Assembly (NCBI GenBank): GCA_000002445.1
Contig: CP000066.1
Location: 576,001 to 640,000 of the forward strand
Source: Trypanosoma brucei
Taxonomy: Eukaryota
Length of the DNA stretch: 64,000 bases
Reading direction: 5' to 3'
The notes beneath the pieces are model-generated. The model saw only the letters and a program-made list of their open reading frames with translations. It did no database searches and was not told where the DNA came from. Both the position numbers and the translations under genes were made by a program. Below, in pieces: positions 18,909-29,612 of this stretch. Every line of letters begins with the position of its first letter. Position 1 is the first letter of the stretch.

Positions 18909-20231
18909 ATGGAGGATTATTATTATTACGAAGACGACTATGGTGATGAAGAGGGTGAATCACAGGATTCAGCCCTTGGGGATGCCTACTCGACGGCCAA
19001 ATCGCTGATGGGCACAAATCCCCTTCAGTGCGTTGCCGGTCTCCTCGCTGTGGAACGCGACGATAGCAGTGGTGGCAAGTGGACATTTAAGTCTCTCAAA
19101 GCGCTGGTGAAGGTAAGTAGGCAGATGGGCGCCTACGAGGATATGCTCCGGTACTACGAAAGAGTCTGCACATTCAACCACAAAGATGTGGACAAGGGTT
19201 CGTTGCAGAAGGCCATGACGAAGTTCATCGACGAATCACAGCGTGTCCCCGTGGATTACCTGGGTCGCGCACTCAGAACGACAGCGGAAGTCACGTCACG
19301 AGACCTCAAAGCATACAGTAGATTGTGGTTCAACGCAAAAGTGAAGTATGCAACTTTGCTGTTGGATGCAAACGATGTTGGGTCAGTCATCAGTGAAATA
19401 GAACCTGTTTTGGCGTGGTGCAAAGAGGAAGATCCACTTGGCTTTAAGAAGGGTAGTCAGTTGTTTTTTTGCTATGCGCTGTTGCTTCAAGCATACACAG
19501 TCGGAAGAGACTGGAAAAAAGTGCGCGACATGTTTTTTTCCACCATTTCCATAGTTAACACCATTGCTCCATCTCGAGTTGTGGGAAGTGTACTGGAGTG
19601 TGGTGGTAAGATGTACGTTTGCTACCGTGACTGGCAATCAGCTTTCCAGACGTTTTCTGCTGCCTTTAGGTACTACAATGAAGGCGGTGATCCCCGAAGG
19701 ATTAACTGCCTAAAGTACCTTGTGCTGACATGTTTGCTTAGTGGCTCTGATGTTGATCTATTTGCCGCACCAGAGACGAGAGCGTATGAGGAAGTTGCTG
19801 AAATAGTACCCTTCTCAGGACTTGTGAAGGCTTATAGGAGGAATGACGTTCAACGATTCCTTAGTACTGCGGATCTAGTGCGTCAGTGCTTCACAGCAGA
19901 ACCTGCTGTGCTTGTGTGTCTTGACCTGCTGCTTGATAACCTTAGACTGCGGGCCCTTGTTGCTTTCGCATCTCCGTATGAACGGTTGTCCATGCAGCGG
20001 CTTCAGAGTGTGTTGCTTGTCGACAAGGATGAGGTGGATCGCCTATGCCTAAGAGCAGTGAGTGAGGGAGTGCTTCGTGCCAAACTTGACAACGAGAATG
20101 GTGTTGTTATTATGAACGGGGAGTCTGAAGTCGGGCCTGAGACGGAGAGGCTGCTAGCATTTGACCGGTGGGTCAATGCCCTCCATGAATTTAACAAAAG
20201 GTCATACAAGGACATAGAACGTAACCTTTGA
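18909..20231 (+). CDS. COP9 signalosome subunit 2 (CSN2, PCI-domain protein)
   Basis: RLWFNAKVKYATLLLD, KKGSQLFFCYALLLQAYT, ECGGKMY and DPRRINCLKYLVL match CSN2 blocks as recalled (RLWFKTNTKLGKLYLE, KKGTQLLEIYALEIQMYT, ECGGKMH, SPRRTTCLKYLVL). C-terminal PCI domain. Confidence 0.85.
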   Translation: MEDYYYYEDDYGDEEGESQDSALGDAYSTAKSLMGTNPLQCVAGLLAVERDDSSGGKWTFKSLKALVKVSRQMGAYEDMLRYYERVCTFNHKDVDKGSLQKAMTKFIDESQRVPVDYLGRALRTTAEVTSRDLKAYSRLWFNAKVKYATLLLDANDVGSVISEIEPVLAWCKEEDPLGFKKGSQLFFCYALLLQAYTVGRDWKKVRDMFFSTISIVNTIAPSRVVGSVLECGGKMYVCYRDWQSAFQTFSAAFRYYNEGGDPRRINCLKYLVLTCLLSGSDVDLFAAPETRAYEEVAEIVPFSGLVKAYRRNDVQRFLSTADLVRQCFTAEPAVLVCLDLLLDNLRLRALVAFASPYERLSMQRLQSVLLVDKDEVDRLCLRAVSEGVLRAKLDNENGVVIMNGESEVGPETERLLAFDRWVNALHEFNKRSYKDIERNL

Positions 20232-21682
20232 CCTGATTTACCTTTGTTTTTGTATCGTACTGTTTTGCCTTTAGGCAAAGGGTGTTGTGTGAAACGTGCA
20301 TCAAAGGTGTTCGACGTTCACTGGGGGTTCGAATGGGAGCAGCGCACAACATTGGGGAGTGTTTCCTATAATATTATTTACCCGTTGCGCGTTTCTTCTC
20401 AACTTCCCATTTTTTCTAGCTCCCTCCTCATTCCTTTCCCGGTGCGAAGGACTTTCGTTTCTAGTTGGCGGCCCCTTTTTAGTACACGGTGTAATTAGAG
20501 ACTGTAGACGTTGTGCGGTCGGCTTTTTCGTCAATTAGATTCCACTATGTGGAGTTAGCCATTTGTCGGTCGATATATAAACCTGCACGTGGAAATGTAA
20601 CGCTTTCTTTACTTTTGTGTGTTGCCGTTACTGGTAAACACATTATTCGAAACTTTATTTGTCCAGACGGTAATAGAGGAATGGGTGACAACCCACCCAT
20701 CAGAATTGAGGAATCAATGACGTGTTGCTGTTGCATCCCATTTGTGCTGTGTAAATGGACCGTAACATCTCTTTTGCCTAGCTACTTGAGCAGTCATAAC
20801 CTCTTGTTGTGAGCAGAAACACTTGCGGGTAACACCGATCCGCCTCACACTGTGGCGTGCAATTATTAGTCACCGTCTCATCTCCGCCTTCTTTCTGGAG
20901 GAGCAGCAGCAGCAGAGAGAGAGAGAGAAAAGCAGGAGGCGGGAATTACTAAAGTTGCTTGGGTGATTTTTAGCTTTGGTGCCACTGTAGATCCGTTGTG
21001 TTGCTGCCTTTCTTCAGTTTCCGATGACATAACTGGAAGTACACTGCTGAACTTGTGCTGGCACGACTACCGTTTTCTTTGTTATTGTTGGAGGAGGGGA
21101 ATGATCATAGGCTGTACCTCAGCTTTATCCTTTGGGAGTGGAGAGGGATAACAATATCTATCTTATCAGGGAGAATTGGTACCTGTGATTTTGTGGACTG
21201 TCACAGACTCTGCAGTCAAGTGTTCTTACTACTCTACTCGTGACAAATATCATGCTGGCAATGGCACTAGGCCCTTATGGTCGCTGCGAGCCCGTGTGAG
21301 TAGGTTCGTTTGTTTAAGTGCCTGAACGAACGTTGTTCGTTTGACTAAACAAATGTGCGTTGGTGGGTTTTCGATGCGTTTGTTAACAACGTGTCGTACA
21401 CGAACAGCGACTGTTCAGTTGTTGTTGTTTTTGAGTGCTACAGACCCCCAGATTTTTGGTGTGGAGAGTCTCCTGGCAAGGTTTCTCACGCAGAGGAGGT
21501 CGGTCTCCGCTCCTCCCCATTTTTTCCCCCTCCTTTTCGCAGCTGATTGAACAAAGCACCGCTGTATTACGGCATTTTAGTGGGTAGCAAGTAGCCGCTA
21601 TCCTTGCCCAACAATTTTAAAGTTTCATAGTGTTCTGGAAGAAAAAAAACATAGAAGGTGTTGGCACCAATAGCTATACAGA

Positions 21683-23539
21683 ATGAAGTCTCGACAACCG
21701 ACGAAGAATTGCATCAACATGCACGACATTGTTGCCCAGCCACTTGACGCGGTGGTGGGTGCCATCAACGCTACTTTACGGCGGCCAGAGGAACTTGACG
21801 ATGCCGAGGTCCGCAGTATTTTCGAGGAAACTTCGTTTATTTTGCTACGGGCTGAAGAGGCGCTGATGGCCTCTGAGGAAGCTGCATTTCGTGCTCTCTT
21901 CACGCTTCTCAACAAGGGGTTTGCTCATAGCGCCGAGTCATTTGGCAAGGGCGTGGAGGTGTTTAGTTCCCAAGTCATGCTGCTGGAAGTGTTGGAAAGC
22001 ATTTTTCATCGTGCCGTCAAGCTCCAAGTCTTCCCGCTGCAGGGCGAAGCCGTTGCAGCGCTGCTTTACACCGTTGGAAACTTGTGTGATGGTGATGGCA
22101 CTAAAGATTCCTGTGGTCGCCTCTTTATTGGTGGGCTGGCAAACATCCTTGTCCACATGTACAGCCAGGATGTTGAAGAAGCACACCAGCACTTTGTCAC
22201 GCAACGCGCTGCTGTAGGTGCGATGATTAAATTGATGAAGAGGTCCCCACGGAATAGGAAACTCATCACTTCGTGGGACTTTTTGGCGAATTGCTGTGCT
22301 TTGAGCGTCGACCCCTTCTTCCAATTGCAGTGTATTGAGTTGTTGTATCGTGTTTCCCGCTCTAACAAATCGATATTTAAGCAAATGAAGAGTCGCCTTT
22401 CGACTGAGGTTATAGAGAAACTCGCCTCCTTGACAAACAGTGCAACATTGATATCTGATATGATGGGCGTGCTTGCGGTCATAAACCGTGACCGAGAGAG
22501 TCTTCTGGTGTTTCCTTTGGGAGCTTGTGAAGTGGCTGGTGTAGACTTAAACGGCTCGATGACGTGCTACTTCGCACCGCACTATTTTGTGCTTATATCC
22601 TCCGATGCCGTTACGGAGAGTACCATTCCTTATTCATCCATTCGGTCCGCGAAGTTTGTGGAACCCAGCGGTGTCGCTATCCGTGTTCACGAATTTCCTG
22701 CAAGTTTGGTGGCAGGGTTATCTAGAAAAACTCCAAAAGGCGATACACTAACGCTCCGTGTGAGCAGGGAACAACTCCAACGATTTAAGAGCTCGTCGAT
22801 TCATTCATGGATTACCGCTGCTATGAAAACTAGAGAAGGTGCACACCAGACCCCCGTTGGTGCACCCGGGGCCGGCAACAATGAACGCTGGAGCTCTGGT
22901 GTGACTCCAGTGGCATCGGACCATCCCCAGGACGGCAGCGGTCGTAAGAGATATCGAGAAGAATCCGTACAATCAGCAGGAAGCGGTAAGCCTGGCACAA
23001 CTTCCGACTTGAAAAATGTTGGGTCTTCGGAGGGACCGACAAGCGGTATCATGAAACATTCGGCTGAAGCGGTGAAGTTGATGAGCGAGGTATTCCCCCA
23101 GAAGGTAACTTCAATTATGTCTGAATCGATAAATAAGATCCAGGAAGCAGTCGACGGTGCACGTGTAACGACCGATGGATACCGCAGTCACGTCAAGTCG
23201 GCTGTCGAGGGGGCCATTCAACTCGTGGAGGATTCCCTTATGGCATCGCATTCAAAGGCTGCGGCAGCGGTGGAGAAACTAAACCACGAGCTGCAGGAAC
23301 GAAAAGCAACCGATACCGCCTTTCATCAGCGGATCGCGTGCATAGAGATTGCCGCGCAGCAGGCCTTGGAGGAAAGTAGAGAGAGTGAGGTGAGGTCGCT
23401 CGATTCGATAAAAAAGGAATTCGAGCAGCATGCAGCGAAGTATGCGGCAGCACTCGATGATGAACTTATACGACTGTCGAACCCGGTGAGTACCCTTTTT
23501 AACATTTTTAATTCCGAGGGTAACCAAAGCATTTGTTAG
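21683..23539 (+). CDS. Hypothetical protein, 618 aa (helical N-terminal region, apolipoprotein-like helical/coiled C-terminus)
   Basis: Long ORF co-oriented in the cluster. No confident domain. An alternative start at 21719 is possible. Confidence 0.6.
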   Translation: MKSRQPTKNCINMHDIVAQPLDAVVGAINATLRRPEELDDAEVRSIFEETSFILLRAEEALMASEEAAFRALFTLLNKGFAHSAESFGKGVEVFSSQVMLLEVLESIFHRAVKLQVFPLQGEAVAALLYTVGNLCDGDGTKDSCGRLFIGGLANILVHMYSQDVEEAHQHFVTQRAAVGAMIKLMKRSPRNRKLITSWDFLANCCALSVDPFFQLQCIELLYRVSRSNKSIFKQMKSRLSTEVIEKLASLTNSATLISDMMGVLAVINRDRESLLVFPLGACEVAGVDLNGSMTCYFAPHYFVLISSDAVTESTIPYSSIRSAKFVEPSGVAIRVHEFPASLVAGLSRKTPKGDTLTLRVSREQLQRFKSSSIHSWITAAMKTREGAHQTPVGAPGAGNNERWSSGVTPVASDHPQDGSGRKRYREESVQSAGSGKPGTTSDLKNVGSSEGPTSGIMKHSAEAVKLMSEVFPQKVTSIMSESINKIQEAVDGARVTTDGYRSHVKSAVEGAIQLVEDSLMASHSKAAAAVEKLNHELQERKATDTAFHQRIACIEIAAQQALEESRESEVRSLDSIKKEFEQHAAKYAAALDDELIRLSNPVSTLFNIFNSEGNQSIC

Positions 23540-23845
23540 ACTGCCAATTCGTATTTACTGGCATGTTTTACTCCGACTTGTCCTTCCACGCTTGTATATA
23601 AATCACTTCTCGCGTGTATGCGGCAAACCATGGATCGTTCGTTGCCATGGCTGAGTAATGACGTAAACAGTAGTGAGCGTGCATGAAGCAATCGTTCGCA
23701 TGTACATGGGTCGATACTGCAAGATAGTTGTTTGGCATGGCTCCCTCATCTTCGTTCCCGTGTCCCTTTCCCCTTCCCCGCGTTATATTCTGCAGGGGAA
23801 GATATAAGAAAAAAGTTTTTTTAAAAAGGCATTAATACCACAGTC

Positions 23846-24844
23846 ATGGCTTGGATAACTGATGCTGCCGTTTCGCAGTTCCCATTGGCCACGGTCCTGA
23901 AGCAGCAGGGAGCTCTTCCCACATCCAACATGTTTACCGCTCTCCCCGAAAACCGAGTGCTTCGCATCTTTCAGCTCAATGCACTGACGACACAGGAGGA
24001 GGTTGTAGAGATCCTTCGTGGTTATCTGTTAGACATATTCAACATAGGAGCTCTTCAATCATACCGTTATGTTTACCAGGACGAGTTTAGCTTTCTTCTC
24101 GACGTCATTCTCTTTTTCGGGTCGACTTGGAGGTGCGGTCAGTCCGTGGGAGATCGTATGCAGAACCTTGTTTTACGCAATGAGATCAAAGCACTGGAAT
24201 CTGGGCAGAGCGACGCTGTACAGCTGGTCCATTCACTCGTGCCAAGCCGCGCTCGTCTTCTTTTGTATGGGGTACTTAATCTCTTCGTACCTTATTTATT
24301 CCGAAAACTGCAGCGGCGGACCTTGGAGGAAGGTTGGGAGGACGGGGGCGCAGGCGTTGTTAAGCGTAAATTGGCCAAACTACTGAAGGCTGTATCCGTT
24401 TCGTGGATGATCATCTCCCTGCTACACACCCTGCACTTCCTTGCTACAGCGCAGTATCGCACGCCTGTGGAGAGAATGCTTTCACTTCGGCTAGTATACG
24501 GTAGCCAGGATACTCGGAGGTTTACGAACCTTATCTACTTGAACCAACACATATTTTGGCAGATATGGAGTTCTTTCATAAGTGTGCTCAATATCGGCCG
24601 ATACACCTCAAGAGTAACTCGGTTTCTGCAAGCTTTCACAGCGAAGCCGGGAAATCCCTCTTTGACCGATAATGCATGTTCTGCATGCCACAATAAGCCA
24701 ACACTCCCACAACGATCAAACTGCGGGCACTTGTATTGCTATTACTGCATCAAGAGTCGCCTGTTAGGTCCTGGCTCCGCAAAGTCGTTTAGATGCTTGC
24801 GTTGCGGAACGGTTGTAAGCACAACCACCCCATGGGCACAGTGA
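23846..24844 (+). CDS. PEX2: Peroxin 2 (PEX2), RING-finger peroxisomal/glycosomal import ubiquitin ligase
   Basis: C-terminal C3HC4 RING CSACHNKPTLPQRSNCGHLYCYYCIKS...FRCLRCGTVV parallels human PEX2 [27 protein letters not shown]...FTCPKCGTEV. N-terminal Pex2/Pex12-type membrane region. Confidence 0.8.
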   Translation: MAWITDAAVSQFPLATVLKQQGALPTSNMFTALPENRVLRIFQLNALTTQEEVVEILRGYLLDIFNIGALQSYRYVYQDEFSFLLDVILFFGSTWRCGQSVGDRMQNLVLRNEIKALESGQSDAVQLVHSLVPSRARLLLYGVLNLFVPYLFRKLQRRTLEEGWEDGGAGVVKRKLAKLLKAVSVSWMIISLLHTLHFLATAQYRTPVERMLSLRLVYGSQDTRRFTNLIYLNQHIFWQIWSSFISVLNIGRYTSRVTRFLQAFTAKPGNPSLTDNACSACHNKPTLPQRSNCGHLYCYYCIKSRLLGPGSAKSFRCLRCGTVVSTTTPWAQ

Positions 24845-25320
24845 TCTATATGCAGTGGATAAGATGATGGTTGGGCAGGACGGGGATGGAGGAGTAGTGC
24901 TAAACGGACTGAAGCAACATCAAACGCTGGAAGGGGAGGAGCGTGTAAATTTAAGTGTGTGTTCATGCGTATGAACTCTGTCATTCCAACTTCTTCCGAC
25001 TCCGCGTGTGTGTTTGCTGAGGTGGTATTGCGCGTAATCCCGCAGTTCGGTGTTGAATATCCTTTTCTTTTACTTTGATCTATGCAAAGGCAGAACCACA
25101 GGCTTCTCCGGCTTGAATGTAGTAGGCAACTTGCGAGCGCTTACTCGCTTTTTTGAATTTCTCAAATAAAGTGACCAGCCCTCTATGGTCCATCTGCCCC
25201 TTTGTTTTTCTCACCGTCCGCATCTTTGGTTATTATTAATTTTTTTTTTGCGTTTTGTTGCCCTCCATCCTCGCTCCCGAATTACTCTTTGGAGTATCGT
25301 AGACTTTCTCCCTTCAACAT

Positions 25321-25842
25321 ATGGATCCGGCGGTAGGGGTCTTCTCCCCTTTCCACAGCGTCCTTGACGGGAAGAATAGCCGGATAAACCAAGCATTGGA
25401 GCTGGCGACAAAGGTGACCGTAAAAGAGGAACCGGACACTGAGAACGGCGGTGGCAAGGCAGCGATCATCAAGACACCGAAAGAAAATGGATCAAACCCC
25501 AACGGAACGTTGTGTGGCGGCTGCGAAAAGGTTTACACAACGAAAAAAATCCCTAAAGGGGGGACTTACCTTTGCAAACAGTGTGGGGAGAGGTACATTT
25601 CCAAATCTGCCGCCGGTCATTTCCCACCAAACACGCTGAAGTGCTGTCCTGCTAGTGTTACGGAGGGTACCGACGGTGTTGTACGTTGTTGCGCATGCCA
25701 CAGCTGGTACCATTGTGCGTGCTTGGGTATAGTTGATAAAACGCTCAAAGAGTATATCTCGTTGTCTACTACTAAGTGGTATTGCATGGAACCCGCTTGC
25801 TGTGAAAAGGTTCTGTGCGAGAAATTGAAGCGGAAACGGTAG
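25321..25842 (+). CDS. Small zinc-finger protein with PHD-like finger, 173 aa
   Basis: Cys/His spacing in ...CCACHSWYHCACLG...WYCMEPAC fits a C4HC3 PHD-type finger with the conserved Trp before the His. Confidence 0.5.
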   Translation: MDPAVGVFSPFHSVLDGKNSRINQALELATKVTVKEEPDTENGGGKAAIIKTPKENGSNPNGTLCGGCEKVYTTKKIPKGGTYLCKQCGERYISKSAAGHFPPNTLKCCPASVTEGTDGVVRCCACHSWYHCACLGIVDKTLKEYISLSTTKWYCMEPACCEKVLCEKLKRKR

Positions 25843-26104
25843 AAAAAGATTAACAGGGGGGGATACCGACCCGAACTGTGGTCACCCCCAGCGTTTCCAA
25901 GTCGATTTTATTCTTTTGTTGGTTGATCTATTTGTGGGGAAAGCGCTCCGAAGTTGCGTGAAGACCCGTCAACCCCCGCTGCTATCCGGTGTGGTGTGTG
26001 GTTTGTATCCTCCCTTTTTTTATCAACGTTCCTCTGTCTTTGCTTTATTTAGCACAAGTAACGTCAACAGAGCAAGGCGATTAGTGCACGCGTGATCATT
26101 CGCC

Positions 26105-27532
26105 ATGATTCACTTCGTCTTACTATGCTATCTCCTTTTCCCGCACGTACACCCGCAAGCCGCACCACTTCTCGAAGCGCTGGATCATCCGCTGTACTTC
26201 AGATCCAGCATGATGGCACAAAAAACAGATATTATAAATGGCAGTGTAATGAAGAAGCTGTTGGATTGGTACGTGGTCCGCGAGGCAAGTGAGTTGGGCT
26301 TTCGTGTTGCTACACTATTACAGACTGAAAACATGACACACTCAGAGCATGCAGAACCTTCCCTTGTTGCTCTTGGCCATGTAGTCACACGATGTAAACC
26401 CGTTTCAATGCCATCGTCTGCACCTGACGCTGCTTCTGTTGCATTACAGACATCACCTAGAACTATAAGGTTCTTTTATATCTGCAGCGGGTGGTCCTCC
26501 GCAACTCTTCGTGCCGTGGTTGCCCACTGGCGGGAAGGGACACTGGAGACAGTGGTGGACGAACCAGTCCTTTCGCTTGGTGCAGCGCGGGGGTGGCATT
26601 TGCCTATCAGCGTCCCAGATACGCCTCAACATTTGCTCTACGTTCTTGCGGCCGATGGGAAAACAACGGCAGTGCTGATCGAGGCCGATGAGTCTCCCAC
26701 AAGTGCACAACCCACTCGCATAACGACCCTACGCTTACCTCAGAAGTCGGCCGCGGGCGACACAAGATTAGTGTCATCTTGTTACCTGCCGAGCGTTGGG
26801 CTCAGTGGTCTCGTGCACCATTCAGAGACAGATGGACACTCGCACTTTGAACTGCACCGTGTCTTTTCCTCTGCACAGTCAGCAGAATTGCTACTGGAAA
26901 CATCAACGAACATCTTTACTGAACTCAGCGTGGAAGAGCGGCTTCACTGCAGCCTCTCGTCCCGCGTCACTTTCACTGACTGTAGCCTCACCTTCTCCAA
27001 TGAGGCGGTGTCTCGTGTGGACGTAACGGTTACCGCCCTTGTTGAGTCTCCAGTCGGAAGCGGTGGACACACAGTCGATGAGTGGATTTTGTGTGGCAAA
27101 ATAACACTTTCAGGAAACGCTGTGGTAAAAGAAAGTGGACTAAGAATTCAAGTGGCTCCTTTGCGCCGAGAGCGATTTACACCTGCGCGAACGACTCTTG
27201 AGCACGTTGCGCGCTTGGGATCGAACGGAAGTATCACGGGCCACATGAGGCGCTGTATTTTTTACCACGCTGGCGGTGCCGCCAGAGCTGAAGGTGGCGG
27301 TGAGGAGGTCGTGAATTGTAGCAGTGCCACAACCCACTTCCGCAGCGGTCGCCGCGGTGTTTCCAAGAGCTGCGTGGCGTTGCGGGTGTGGTGGAGACAA
27401 GAAGAGACCATCAATGGATATTTGTGCAATAAATTTGGTCTCTCCACCACCGAATTAAGCTCCGTTTTCTTTGTACTATTCACATCATTATGCGGTCTCC
27501 AACTTACCGCTTATTTTTTTTGTTCAACCTAG
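26105..27532 (+). CDS. Hypothetical protein, 475 aa (possibly 440 aa from ATG 26210)
   Basis: Long ORF with cluster-consistent codon usage. No recognisable domain by eye. Confidence 0.55.
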   Translation: MIHFVLLCYLLFPHVHPQAAPLLEALDHPLYFRSSMMAQKTDIINGSVMKKLLDWYVVREASELGFRVATLLQTENMTHSEHAEPSLVALGHVVTRCKPVSMPSSAPDAASVALQTSPRTIRFFYICSGWSSATLRAVVAHWREGTLETVVDEPVLSLGAARGWHLPISVPDTPQHLLYVLAADGKTTAVLIEADESPTSAQPTRITTLRLPQKSAAGDTRLVSSCYLPSVGLSGLVHHSETDGHSHFELHRVFSSAQSAELLLETSTNIFTELSVEERLHCSLSSRVTFTDCSLTFSNEAVSRVDVTVTALVESPVGSGGHTVDEWILCGKITLSGNAVVKESGLRIQVAPLRRERFTPARTTLEHVARLGSNGSITGHMRRCIFYHAGGAARAEGGGEEVVNCSSATTHFRSGRRGVSKSCVALRVWWRQEETINGYLCNKFGLSTTELSSVFFVLFTSLCGLQLTAYFFCST

Positions 27533-27855
27533 AGGCGGTTCTCTCTTAAGAGCATGAGGTCCTCGGTTTTGATCCCGTACAATATCCTAGTTTGTTTGTT
27601 GTTATTGTTCGTTTGTTTGTTTTACGTTTGTCTGTTCTGTTTGCTGTCTATTTTGTATAATTTTTACTATATTGTGCCACTTTCATTTTTGTTATCTTTC
27701 TCTCCCACGTACCTCCCCTCTCCCTACTCCCATGGAGCGGTGCACCGCATTTTGTGTGAATTTATCACATATGTTCGCTCCCACAGGTACATGTTCATCT
27801 GCGTATATTTTTCTTCCTTTTCCCTCGCCTTTGTACTTCGTGGAGCGAGTTAAGG

Positions 27856-28260
27856 ATGAACAACAAGGCACCGGGCACGCCGCCCCGTCCGGAAGGGTAT
27901 GAAACGGCGGGAGGTGCTGCAACAAATGAAAATTTTTTCCACCCCAAACGTAAGATGACGAAAAGCATTCAGCGAGCGGGGTTCCGCTCTGCGCGGCGCC
28001 TAATGGTGTGCTTTTCGGTAGTCATCGGAACAATTGTTATAGCGCCTTCGTACTTGGGACCATTTTATGTAAACTACGTGGCCGGTAAGAACTGGTTAGA
28101 GCGGGCGAGCAAGTCCATTTGGACCCGACGTAACGAGAAGGATTACGACCTCTACATGACGCAGCGCAAGAATGGGTGGTGGGAGTATTTAGGACTCAAA
28201 CACTACAACATTGGGGGTGAAACTAATGTTGGCGAGATCCAGACATACCGAAGCAAATAA
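27856..28260 (+). CDS. Hypothetical small membrane protein, 134 aa
   Basis: Single predicted TM segment (LMVCFSVVIGTIVIAPSYL). GC3-rich codon usage consistent with neighbours. Confidence 0.4.
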   Translation: MNNKAPGTPPRPEGYETAGGAATNENFFHPKRKMTKSIQRAGFRSARRLMVCFSVVIGTIVIAPSYLGPFYVNYVAGKNWLERASKSIWTRRNEKDYDLYMTQRKNGWWEYLGLKHYNIGGETNVGEIQTYRSK

Positions 28261-28764
28261 AACCATGAAGCCAGCATATGGAGGGAATCAGGGGAAAGCA
28301 GGTTTTGCTGTGCGGGTGCAAGTACCTATTTAGTCGTTGGTTCTAGCGTACGTAGTTGTTTCTTTTTATATATATATATATATATTATTTTTGAATTTAG
28401 TTTGTTTCATGTCAAGTTTCCCCTCCCTTTTCCCTTTTTTTTTCCTTTTGATCACATTTCAGCCTTTATATATGGTTTGTTGTCTGGCTCATAGAAGGCG
28501 TGTGTGGAGCTCTTGGCGTACCACAAATGGACTACCATTAGGCAGACAACAATCTGCTTTGGCTTTACCGGAAGCCGAACAATTGAAGGGCTTATTGTTG
28601 TTTGCGAAGTTTGGGGGACACCACACTCGATTTGCATGTGTTTCTTTTTTTTTTCTTTTACCTTTTAGCGCTTGACCTTTGGCTTATATAGCCCCCACTT
28701 TCCCCGTTATAATGTTGCGGACCTTCATCATCCTCTTTGCCTTTTTATAGCATAGCAAACGCAT

Positions 28765-29085
28765 ATGGAAAAAAATGCGCATGGGCTACTAGCCGATGCA
28801 GATTCACCGAAGGCCCATCGGCACATACGCAATACATTGAAAGTGAACAAATTGAGTAGTGCGCTTATGTTTATGGCAGTTGTTACGCCCGTAATGGTTT
28901 TGGTTTCGTTTTACAGCGCAAAGCTTGAAGCAGTGCGGGAAAAGTGGGTGGATCCGTATGAGTTGCCACCCGGCTTTAATCCCAAAACGGGAAGGTTTAT
29001 GTCTGACAGTAAACCTCAAGGGGTAACGGAGCCGCCGGCGCCACTTCTGCTGCGGGGCGCTGTGCCAGGGGCAACACGGCAATGA
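28765..29085 (+). CDS. Hypothetical small membrane protein, 106 aa
   Basis: Single TM segment (LMFMAVVTPVMVLVSFY). The call is marginal. Confidence 0.35.
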   Translation: MEKNAHGLLADADSPKAHRHIRNTLKVNKLSSALMFMAVVTPVMVLVSFYSAKLEAVREKWVDPYELPPGFNPKTGRFMSDSKPQGVTEPPAPLLLRGAVPGATRQ

Positions 29086-29612
29086 GGCAATTAAATCATA
29101 ACTAATAAGAGACACCGGCTGAATGTCAAAACAAAAAAATTCCAATCGGAACATGTACATTTGGGGCTTTTCCGCCTGAAGAATATGTGAGCGTTCGACA
29201 CCCACGAGTTTGTTTTGTCTTTTTGTGTGTTTTGATTTGCTTGACAGGACGAATGGCACGCGTTTGTCGTCAGCTGGGCATGCAATGGTGTATATTAGTG
29301 TCATATCTTGGGTATTTTATCCTAGTTTAGCCTCTTTTATTTGTGTTGGTGTCCGACTAAACTGCATGCCACAAAATTGTCTTGAATTTTTTTTTCACCT
29401 TTTTTTTTCTTTTTTGTTCTGTGTTTTCGTAATACTCAAGACCATTGGGAGCTTTTTGTACCTCTAAAAAAAAAAAAGCTCACCCGACGCCATTTGATTC
29501 ATATCCCACTCCTAGTGGTGGCATCGGCACAGAACTTTGTTTGTTTTGTTATTTTCTTTGTATTTAGTGGCTGGCACATATCGTTTGTGTTTGGAAGCCC
29601 ACGTAGCTGAAT

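Noticed and set aside
21010-21080. Possible C/D-box snoRNA (CGATGACA ... CTGA)
   Set aside because: The box C is imperfect, there is no convincing box D near a terminal stem, and no antisense guide is evident.
20232-21682. Searched the long spacers and both strand-switch regions (also 9394-11857 and 53540-55197) for tRNA genes using GTTCGAATC-type T-loop and GCTCAGTTGG-type D-loop motifs
   Set aside because: No sequence with a canonical cloverleaf was found by eye. A GGTTCGAATGGG at 20327 lacks the complementary stem. tRNAscan-SE would be needed to be definitive.
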